This document shows, one piece after another, positions 33,238-40,681 of a stretch of 64,000 nucleotides of DNA. A model generated the notes under the pieces. It was not told where the DNA came from. It ran no database searches and saw only the letters and a list, made by a program, of their open reading frames with translations. The stretch's first letter is position 1; the number at the start of each line of letters is the position of its first letter. Source of the DNA: Sphingobium sp. (GTDB lineage Bacteria > Pseudomonadota > Alphaproteobacteria > Sphingomonadales > Sphingomonadaceae); the NCBI RefSeq assembly GCF_049304695.1, contig NZ_JBAQOK010000097.1, forward strand, positions 25,810 through 89,809, given 5' to 3'. A program made the position numbers and the translations under genes.

Positions 33238-33740
33238 TCAGAGTGATTTAAGCCGGTTTGGATAATGCGCATTCGCAGGGCTTCGATACTGTAGTCGGGC
33301 GATCCACTCGCCTGTGACGAGCCGCCGATATTCAGCCGTTGCCTTCGCCCGGTCATGCTTCATGCTGTCGTTGTTCTCAACGAGTGTGAGCCATGGCTGT
33401 GTGGGACATATCTGCCGATTATACGGGGGATCATGTTGTCCTGACGAAAGGCACGGCCGAAAGCGATCAGGCATCCACGAGAGTGCGATCGAAAAATAGC
33501 CAGCCGGTCAGTTCGCAGGGCACTTCCCAATTGTCGATAGTCTGGGCTGCAAAGGCACGCATATCGACCTATGGCAAGGCTGCGCCAGTTTCCGCTCGTT
33601 CCTGTGCGACTATCCGCCTACCGACTCCGCATCGCGGCATAGCCGCGCCGCTTTAGTTCAGCCAACATGGCGGACTTTCCGCCGCCCGAGCAACCGGACA
33701 GGATGACGGAATTGTCCTGCTCAATCCAACCCGGCCGCGC
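33238..33740 (-). pseudogene. decayed small P-loop (AAA-type) ATPase gene
   Basis: Three minus-strand frames each hold part of one protein. Frame a: VILSGCSGGGKSAMLAELKRRGYAA (Walker A at 33672-33698). Frame b: GRRIVAQERAETGAALP*VDMRAFAAQTIDNWEVPCELTGWLFFDRTLVDA, with an in-frame TAG at 33569-33571 where a Trp is expected. Frame c: PWLTLVENNDSMKHDRAKATAEYRRLVTGEWIARLQY. There is no usable start codon after the upstream gene's stop. Confidence 0.8.
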
Positions 33741-36422
33741 CTACTGACGCAGCCGCTCGATCGCCTGTGCCAATGCGACATAGAGTTTGCCCATGTCGGA
33801 CGACAGGATAGCGACACCCAGTGCGTTGCCGTCCCGCGCCGACAGGATGATCCGTAACATCCCTTCGAAATCATGGATGTAGCGGTTTACATGATCGCGG
33901 AACTCCGCATCATTATCATAGTGAAGCGCGATTTCGCGCGACTCGCCCGCGTCCAGCAGTTTCACGGCCCGGCGCGTGAAGACACCCCGATCGCCCTTCA
34001 GATAGGCCGACCACGCCGAATCCGTAACATCGTTCGACAGGATTTTGGTGACATCGATGGCGGTGCTGTTGAGGGATTCGATCAACAGAGCGGAGCGGCG
34101 GGCAAAATGGTCCCGGTCGCGGGTTTCGGACGCGCGTTCCGCTTCCTCGATCCGCTGTTCCACGCTGGCGCTGGTATCGGCGATCGTCAGCAATTGGCGA
34201 GTAAGGCGCTCGGACGCGTGATGCGCGGCCTTCACCGCTTCTTCTGCGACTTGGGCGACATGTTCGATCTGCGCCGTGACGCGCTCGCCTATCACCGTCT
34301 CCATGGCCTTGTCGCTGGCAAGAGCCAATGCTTGCGCTGCTTCGGGAATGGCGCGCGCCAGTGCCTGCCGCGCGCGTTCGGCGGCCTGATCGGCGGTATC
34401 CTTGACCCGCAGGAGCGCAGTGACGAGCAACGGTCCCGCGCCTTCGGTAATGCGCGTAGCGTCCTGATGCGCGCCATCCAGAGCGGTGCGCAGCCGATCG
34501 ACCAATGCGCGATTGGCCTCCAGCCCGCCTTGCGTGCTTTCAAGCCATTCGGTCAGGCGGCTTCCCTGTCCGCGTAACAGTTCTTCCGCTTCCTCGGCCC
34601 GACCCACCAAGGCCTGAGAAATCGCCTCCAGCCGCTCCATTTCAGGGGTCGCGCCACCCAAAAGCGCGCGGCTCTGTTCCATCCGTGCATCGAATCGATC
34701 GAGCGCGCCGGGATAGGTTTCATCCAGTTCGCGCACGCTTGAATCGAGCGCGACGAGCAGCGTTTCGGCGCAGCCAATCAGCTTTTCAGCCGTAATCCCG
34801 CCCGCCGAAAGTGCGCTGTCGATACGTTGCGTCTCGTCTGTCAGCCGGACCAGCGCCTGCGCCAGCCTTTCGCTGCGCGCGAGGGCATTATCCTCCAGGG
34901 TGGCAAAGCGGCCTTCGGTCGAAGCGATTGTGTCGTTAAGATTGGTGTGCAGGCTGGATAGCAGCGTGCGCTGTCCTTCGACCATATGGTCGATCTGGTG
35001 CAGTCGGTTTTCGACATCGCCGATCGTATCGACAAGGCCGGCCACGGTTTCGGACCCGATGGCGTCCAGCGCTGAGCGCGATCGTTCGATCAACGCATCC
35101 AGAGTGGCCGACTGGCCCGTCAGCCCGGCATCAGCCAGGGCAAGCGCCTGCTGCGCGCGATCCAGCGCAGCGGCCAATCGACCGCGCAGGTCGCCCTCCA
35201 TGGCGTCCATGTCCCGCGCGAATGTCGATAGCGTATTTTCACTGGCCCTGCCGATCCCTGCCTGTGCAGCGGCAACCAGTGCTTCAAGCGATTCGGCGCG
35301 GCGGTTAAGCCCGTCGTCAGTCGTAGCCAGCGTTGCGCGCACATTGGCCAGCGCACTGTCCAATCGATCGCGTAGAATTGCCTGCGCCGAATCAAGATCG
35401 CGCATCAACGTGGTACGCATCGTTTCGCTGGCGGTCGCGATGCCGCCTTCCGCCGCATCGACCAGTGCCGTTAGGGCAGAGGATTGTGCGTCCAGATCCC
35501 GCCGGGTGCGATCCATCGCCTGCCGCGCGCCCAGCGTCGTCGCCTCGATCCGGCTTGCGGCCAGATCTGCCAGACCAGTCACTTCCTCGCTCGCGGCCCG
35601 TGTGGATTCCTGAAGCTGATTAAGTTGCCCCGACAGGCTCTTGGTAGCCGAAAGCGTGCGTGCGCGTGCATCGTCGGATAATTCGGCCAGCGCATGCAGT
35701 CTGGCTTCGAGCGTATCGATCCGTTCGGCAAGAGCGTGGCCGTTATCCATGATCTGCGCCGCCATGCGGCCCGTCTTGTCCTCCAGTTCCGGGATGGATG
35801 CGATCAGCATCTCCATCCGCGCAAGCATCGCAGCGCCCGCGCGTTCGGCGGCCTCTGCCCGATCAGACGTCGTCTGAGACCGGGCAGCGATGAGTTCGGC
35901 GGATGCTTCCATATTACTGCTGGCTGCCGCGCCATAGCTGTCGAGCAATTCCGCCTGATCGTGCATCGTTTGACGCGCGGCTTCCAACTGGTCGGCAATT
36001 CGGCCAAGTCGCCGTTCCAGATGGTCAGCCTCCGTCCGAAGGGCGTGAGCAGTATCGAGATAGCGCCGCGATTCGCTGCGGCTGTTGCGCATGAGCAAAA
36101 GATAGGCGACGCCCAACAGTGTCGGCGGAATGGCCAGTGTCGCGAGCGCATTGGCCCACAGGGATGGGGTAGCCAGATCGCCCGATGTGGCGATAGCCCA
36201 ACCGGCAAAACCGACCCAGGCAACCGCGAGCAGGCCAAGCAGCAGCCTGATGCGTGTGATCCAGCCATCGCCGGTTCCGACATGCGGATCGTCCTCTGGA
36301 TCGTCACTCATAACTGTGTGATCCAGAAGCAGAATATCATCCGCCTGTGGATCATCATGAGTCGCGATGTCGGTGTTACGCCAAAATTCGGCGATTGTGC
36401 TGCCCCCTGTCATGGCGCGCAT
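33741..36422 (-). CDS. large membrane-anchored coiled-coil protein (two N-terminal TM helices, long Ala/Leu/Arg/Glu-rich helical region, conserved-looking C-terminal globular domain)
   Basis: 893 aa. TM helices at about aa 55-78 and 88-111. Internal ~62-aa tandem repeats at aa 310-480. C-terminal end reads DSAWSAYLKGDRGVFTRRAVKLL...FRDHVNRYIHDFEGMLR. Confidence 0.85.
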   Translation of the reverse strand: MRAMTGGSTIAEFWRNTDIATHDDPQADDILLLDHTVMSDDPEDDPHVGTGDGWITRIRLLLGLLAVAWVGFAGWAIATSGDLATPSLWANALATLAIPPTLLGVAYLLLMRNSRSESRRYLDTAHALRTEADHLERRLGRIADQLEAARQTMHDQAELLDSYGAAASSNMEASAELIAARSQTTSDRAEAAERAGAAMLARMEMLIASIPELEDKTGRMAAQIMDNGHALAERIDTLEARLHALAELSDDARARTLSATKSLSGQLNQLQESTRAASEEVTGLADLAASRIEATTLGARQAMDRTRRDLDAQSSALTALVDAAEGGIATASETMRTTLMRDLDSAQAILRDRLDSALANVRATLATTDDGLNRRAESLEALVAAAQAGIGRASENTLSTFARDMDAMEGDLRGRLAAALDRAQQALALADAGLTGQSATLDALIERSRSALDAIGSETVAGLVDTIGDVENRLHQIDHMVEGQRTLLSSLHTNLNDTIASTEGRFATLEDNALARSERLAQALVRLTDETQRIDSALSAGGITAEKLIGCAETLLVALDSSVRELDETYPGALDRFDARMEQSRALLGGATPEMERLEAISQALVGRAEEAEELLRGQGSRLTEWLESTQGGLEANRALVDRLRTALDGAHQDATRITEGAGPLLVTALLRVKDTADQAAERARQALARAIPEAAQALALASDKAMETVIGERVTAQIEHVAQVAEEAVKAAHHASERLTRQLLTIADTSASVEQRIEEAERASETRDRDHFARRSALLIESLNSTAIDVTKILSNDVTDSAWSAYLKGDRGVFTRRAVKLLDAGESREIALHYDNDAEFRDHVNRYIHDFEGMLRIILSARDGNALGVAILSSDMGKLYVALAQAIERLRQ

Positions 36423-36493
36423 CCTAGCAGCTTTTGCGCGGGCGGAAATGCCTGTTACGAAAACTTAACGCGTTCCCGATAGCATCTGCCGCT

Positions 36494-36796
36494 ATGTCTT
36501 ATGATCCTGGCGCTCTCAATTCCGCTCTGGCCGCGGCTGTCGGCGACGATAACGCCCTGATCGCGGACTTGCGGGTGGCGTTCATGGAAAGCGCCGAACG
36601 GCAGGTCGATCTGCTCGGGCGTGCGCGCTGCGACGCCAATTGGGCACTGGCCGCATGGCGCCTGAAAGGGCTGGCGGCGAGTTTCGGCATGACGTCCTTG
36701 ATGGTGCTGGCGGACGAAGCGGCGGAGGCCGCTCCGGGCGATCCGCGCATCTTGCGCCGCTTGCGCGCAACGCTGGCCGCGCTCGCACAAGGCTGA
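36494..36796 (+). CDS. Hpt-like (histidine phosphotransfer fold) protein lacking the phospho-accepting His
   Basis: 100 aa counted from the ATG at 36494. The segment ALAAWRLKGLAASFGMTSLMVLADEAE matches the Hpt signature H-x-LKG-x-A-x-x-x-G, but Trp (TGG at 36656-36658) sits where His is expected. Confidence 0.65.
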   Translation: MSYDPGALNSALAAAVGDDNALIADLRVAFMESAERQVDLLGRARCDANWALAAWRLKGLAASFGMTSLMVLADEAAEAAPGDPRILRRLRATLAALAQG

Positions 36797-36898
36797 CACT
36801 CGCTCCAAATTGCGGTTGATCGACGGCTTTGCTTGCGTGAACCGTCTCGTCTTGCGAAAAGGCCGGTTCAACAGCAACAGGATCGTTCAGCGCACCAT

Positions 36899-38065
36899 AT
36901 GAGTTTTGCCGCTATTCTCAGCGCCAGTAGAGCGTCGGGCGATTCGCCGCCGGGATTGCGGGGCAGTCTGCTGTTCGCCGGCCAGACGCTGGTGGAATAT
37001 CAGGCGCGGCAGGCGGCGCAGGCCGGGGCCGACCGCATCATGATCCTGGTCAGCGTCATCACGCCCGCCTTGTCCCAGGCGGTGGATCGCTTGAGCGCCG
37101 ATGGCATCGCGGTGTCGCTGGTCCGCGACATGGTGTCGATGATCCGCGACGTCCCCCGTGACGCCGATATCCTGCTGGTCGCCGATGGCGCGATCGTGGC
37201 ACAAAGCCATGTTGATGCGATAGGTGGTGCGCAGGGCAATGCGTTGCTGGTCACCGACGATAGCCGCGCCAGCACACCGTTCGAGCGGATCGATGCGGGC
37301 CAGCGCTGGGCGGGCTTGGCGCGAATCAGCCCTGCGCTACTGTTTGATACGCTCGACATGATCGGCGACTGGGATTTGTCGCTGACGTTGGTGCGGGCCG
37401 CCGTCCAGCATGGCGCACGACGCGTTACCGTGCCGCAGGACGACCTGATGGAAGGGCGGGTCACGCTGGTCGAAACGCAGCAGCAGGCCGATCTGGTCGC
37501 GAACGCCGTCACGGCGGCGGGCGCGTCCAACGCGCGCGTGCGTGGCGGCGTCGAACATTATGTCCTTGCGCCAATCGCCCGCGCTATCGGTCCCGCGCTG
37601 ATGCGGATGCAGGTGCCTGCCATTCAGGTCAGGATAGCCGGGATCGCACTCGCCGGGATCGCGCTGGTGCCGGTGGAACTGACGTGGACGTTGACGGGAT
37701 TCGCCCTGCTGCTGCTGGCATTGTTGCTGGCGGAGATGGCGGATCGCCTCGACGAACTGGCGTTGCGGGCACCGCCGATGAGCTGGCTGGCTTTCGCCAC
37801 GCCTTCGCTGGCGCTGCTGGGGATCGTGCGTGGTGGCAGCAGTACGATGGCGCTCGACCTCGCGCTTCTGCTGGGCATCATGCTGGTGGCGGATCGCTGG
37901 CGACGCACAGGCAGGGCGCGGCCATGGATGATCGTCACGCCCGGCACGGTGCTGCCCCTGTTGATCGTAGCGGGGCTATTTGGCGTTTTGGCGCAGGGCT
38001 TCCGGGTCGCGATGCTGGCGCTCATCGCTTCGGCTGGCGCGATCATCCTGCGCCCGCGCGACTGA
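36899..38065 (+). CDS. fusion of a nucleotidyltransferase-like N-domain and a multi-pass membrane C-domain, function unknown
   Basis: 388 aa counted from the ATG at 36899. The N-terminal ~230 aa are soluble (AAILSASRASGDSPPGLRGSLLFAGQTLVEYQ...ILLVADG). The C-terminal ~150 aa hold about five hydrophobic helices. Confidence 0.7.
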   Translation: MSFAAILSASRASGDSPPGLRGSLLFAGQTLVEYQARQAAQAGADRIMILVSVITPALSQAVDRLSADGIAVSLVRDMVSMIRDVPRDADILLVADGAIVAQSHVDAIGGAQGNALLVTDDSRASTPFERIDAGQRWAGLARISPALLFDTLDMIGDWDLSLTLVRAAVQHGARRVTVPQDDLMEGRVTLVETQQQADLVANAVTAAGASNARVRGGVEHYVLAPIARAIGPALMRMQVPAIQVRIAGIALAGIALVPVELTWTLTGFALLLLALLLAEMADRLDELALRAPPMSWLAFATPSLALLGIVRGGSSTMALDLALLLGIMLVADRWRRTGRARPWMIVTPGTVLPLLIVAGLFGVLAQGFRVAMLALIASAGAIILRPRD

Positions 38066-38122
38066 AATATTTCGCCGTCAGGGTTTAGTGCATTTTAAGG
38101 ACGTGGGGCTAAGGTTCCTCGC

Positions 38123-39223
38123 ATGAGCGTCTATTCGTCCCTTCATGGAGCGGCCCTGGCCGACAACTGGCCGATGGCGCAAAGGCTGGCCGGGCTGTCC
38201 GCTGTGCCCGTTTCGCATGCCATCGATCTCGCCTTTTTCTTCCCATTGGATGGTCATGCGCGTCATGATGCGTTGATCGCCGAAACGCGGCGGCACCTGG
38301 GCGGCTGCCTCAATGCGATCGAACTGGCGTTACGCGCGTCGCTTGATCATGTGCCTGATATCGCTGCGGCATTGGACGCCTCTCCCGATGCGATATGCTG
38401 GCCCACTGTGCGCGCGCAGCCGACTTTGCTTGGGTCGGCCCTGTTGGCGCATATGCAGATGCGCGCCGGGGTCAGTTTGATGCTGCGCCAATATGGTCAT
38501 CCCCATGCGGACAGCGTTGCAGAGGCGGAGCCTGAAGCCTTGCTGCCTGTGGATGATCCCACATTCGGTGGCGCAGCGGCGGCACTGGTTCTGGCGGAGG
38601 GGCGATGGGCAGTCGCGGGCGGCGACGATCAGCCGATGCGGCCTGACCTGCCAGCGGAATATTTTGCAGAATTGGTCTGGACCGCCGCTGCCTGTCTGGC
38701 AGCCAGAGCGCAGCGGACAATGCCGGATGACGGCGACGCGCTGCTGGCGGCGTTTGAGCGATCCGGGTGGGCTTTGCTTGCCGATCATGATGAGAGCGCC
38801 AGCCCAATTGCCGAAGCAGACCGCCTGATACGCCGACTCGGCGAGCTGAGCGATTCGCCTGAGCTTTTGGGTGCGGCGCTTGACCAGCGTCGATTCCTGC
38901 TGTTTGCAGCGCTGACTGCTCGCCGTCTGCGCATGACGATGATGCAGGTGACAGAGATATTGACCATGGGACCATTGCCGCACGTTGCGACGCTGTGCCG
39001 AGCGTTGGGCGGATCGGATGCGGATTATCGTCACTTGCTGCTGTCCTTGCGTCCGGTTCGGCCATGCCTGACGGATGCGGCGATCGTGACGCTGGCCGAC
39101 CATTATCAACAACTGAGTGATATTCAGGCGGATTGCGCGATCAGCGGCCTGCGGACACCGGCCGCTTTTCGCGCGAAGCTGGATCATTTGCGCGTTATGA
39201 CAGGCGAGGCGCGCAAAGCGTGA
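38123..39223 (+). CDS. hypothetical protein (helical, Ala/Leu-rich; possibly DUF2336-like, not confidently assigned)
   Basis: 366 aa with coding-like codon usage. Its stop overlaps or abuts the next gene's start (GTGA at 39220-39223). Confidence 0.7.
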   Translation: MSVYSSLHGAALADNWPMAQRLAGLSAVPVSHAIDLAFFFPLDGHARHDALIAETRRHLGGCLNAIELALRASLDHVPDIAAALDASPDAICWPTVRAQPTLLGSALLAHMQMRAGVSLMLRQYGHPHADSVAEAEPEALLPVDDPTFGGAAAALVLAEGRWAVAGGDDQPMRPDLPAEYFAELVWTAAACLAARAQRTMPDDGDALLAAFERSGWALLADHDESASPIAEADRLIRRLGELSDSPELLGAALDQRRFLLFAALTARRLRMTMMQVTEILTMGPLPHVATLCRALGGSDADYRHLLLSLRPVRPCLTDAAIVTLADHYQQLSDIQADCAISGLRTPAAFRAKLDHLRVMTGEARKA

Positions 39224-39225
39224 AC

Positions 39226-40596
39226 ATGCCCGCTCATCCCTCGATCATACGCGCAACCCTGTCTGCCGACGGTCGGCTGTTAGCGGCTGATCCGCCGCTG
39301 CTGGCGTTGCAGCGGGAGGCCGGGGCCGATCTGGGCATGGGCTTTGCGGTGCCGCAGCTTGCTGCCATCGCGCGGCTGTCCAGGCGGTTAGGGATCACCG
39401 TGTCGCGCCCGGTCATGGCGGCGACCGACCGATGCGACATCGACATGTGGGTGCGGGCGCGGCCTGAGGGTGAGGGTGTATCGCTATCGGTGATCGACTG
39501 GCATGAACGTCCTGCGGTGGAGGTATCGATCGACGCCGGGCGAAGGGATGCGGATATTGCCGCGCTGGCTGAAGGCTGGACGTGGCAGATCGATCCGCAA
39601 TTACAGTTTCAGATGGTGTTGGATGGCGTCGATACCCATGGCGTGCTGCCGACCGATCAACCGGTGCCAGGTAGCCGCTTTTCCAGCTATTTCCAGCTTC
39701 AGTCTGACGCGGACGGCGACATGGCGATGCTGCGCGGCTTTGCCCAACGGCGGGCCTTTCGCGATCAGGCTGCGACGCTGGCGCGTGATCCCGAGCGGCA
39801 GTTTCGCCTGTCGGGCTTTCCGCTGTTCGATCTGAGTGGTCAGTTGATGGGCTATCGCGGAACCGCCTTTCCGGTCGAGCGCGCGGTGTTCGCCCCACTG
39901 ACGCAGGATGCGTCGGTCACGCTCTATCCGACAGAGTTCGGGCGGCGGCTGGATCGCTCCCTGCGCCAGCCGCTGGGGCGCATTATCGCCAATGCCGACA
40001 CGATCAGCGCGCAGATGGATGGGGCGCTTCGTCCTGATTATGCGGAATATGCGCAGGACATTGCTTCGGCGGGGCGGCATCTGATGGCGTTAGTCGATGA
40101 CCTGGCCGATTTACAGGCGATCGACCGGCCCGATTTCAGCGTCATCAGCGAAGAATTGGACCTGGCCGATTTGGGCCGCCGCGCGGCGGGGCTGCTGTCG
40201 GTGAAGGCGCTGGACCGGACGATTTCGATCGTCGCGCCAGCCCCCGACGTTTCCACCCCGGCGACCGGAGAGTTTCGCCGGGTGCTGCAAATCCTCGTCA
40301 ACCTGATCGGCAACGCCGTGCGCTACGCGCCCGAAGGCAGCGAAGTGCGTGTCGTGACCGAGCGGGAGCATGGCCATTGCCGGATCATCGTGATCGATCA
40401 GGGGCAGGGTGTCGCTCTGGCCGATCGGGAACGGATTTTCGAAAAGTTCGAACGACTGGGACGCGACGATGCCGGTGGCAGTGGCTTGGGCCTTTATATC
40501 TCGCGCCGTCTGGCTCGCGCGATGGGCGGCGATATTCAGATCGGCGGGATGCCGGGACAAGGCGCACGGTTCATCCTGTCGCTGCCAGCGGGATAG
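39226..40596 (+). CDS. histidine-kinase-like protein with an intact ATP-binding domain but no H-box histidine
   Basis: 456 aa. DHp segment EFGRRLDRSLRQPLGRIIANAD aligns with the HisKA signature SHELRTPL, with Arg (CGC at 39955-39957) at the His position. N box ILVNLIGNAVRYAP, G1 DQGQGV, F IFEKFERL and G2 GGSGLGLYISRRLA are all present. An alternative GTG start is at 39220. Confidence 0.85.
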   Translation: MPAHPSIIRATLSADGRLLAADPPLLALQREAGADLGMGFAVPQLAAIARLSRRLGITVSRPVMAATDRCDIDMWVRARPEGEGVSLSVIDWHERPAVEVSIDAGRRDADIAALAEGWTWQIDPQLQFQMVLDGVDTHGVLPTDQPVPGSRFSSYFQLQSDADGDMAMLRGFAQRRAFRDQAATLARDPERQFRLSGFPLFDLSGQLMGYRGTAFPVERAVFAPLTQDASVTLYPTEFGRRLDRSLRQPLGRIIANADTISAQMDGALRPDYAEYAQDIASAGRHLMALVDDLADLQAIDRPDFSVISEELDLADLGRRAAGLLSVKALDRTISIVAPAPDVSTPATGEFRRVLQILVNLIGNAVRYAPEGSEVRVVTEREHGHCRIIVIDQGQGVALADRERIFEKFERLGRDDAGGSGLGLYISRRLARAMGGDIQIGGMPGQGARFILSLPAG

Positions 40597-40621
40597 CGGC
40601 GCGGCGGCCTGAAGCGGTCAC

Positions 40622-40654
40622 AAAAAAACGGCGCCCCGTTCAAGGGCGCCGTTT
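40622..40654. terminator. bidirectional rho-independent terminator between the kinase-like gene and gltA
   Basis: A7 run, stem cggcgccc (40629-40636), 7-nt loop, stem gggcgccg (40644-40651), then TTT. Confidence 0.8.
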
Positions 40655-40681
40655 CCATTCAACCGAACGTCGTCGCTGCGA

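Noticed and set aside
33314-33656. Plus-strand ORFs 33314-33499 and 33393-33656
   Set aside because: They lie opposite the ATPase pseudogene fragments and show no family resemblance or coding-like codon bias.
36455-36469. CtrA-box-like sequence TTAC-N6-TTAAC in the divergent promoter of the coiled-coil/Hpt-like cluster
   Set aside because: The half-sites are 10 nt apart rather than the 11 nt of TTAA-N7-TTAA, and the first half-site is imperfect. This is not enough to call a CtrA site.
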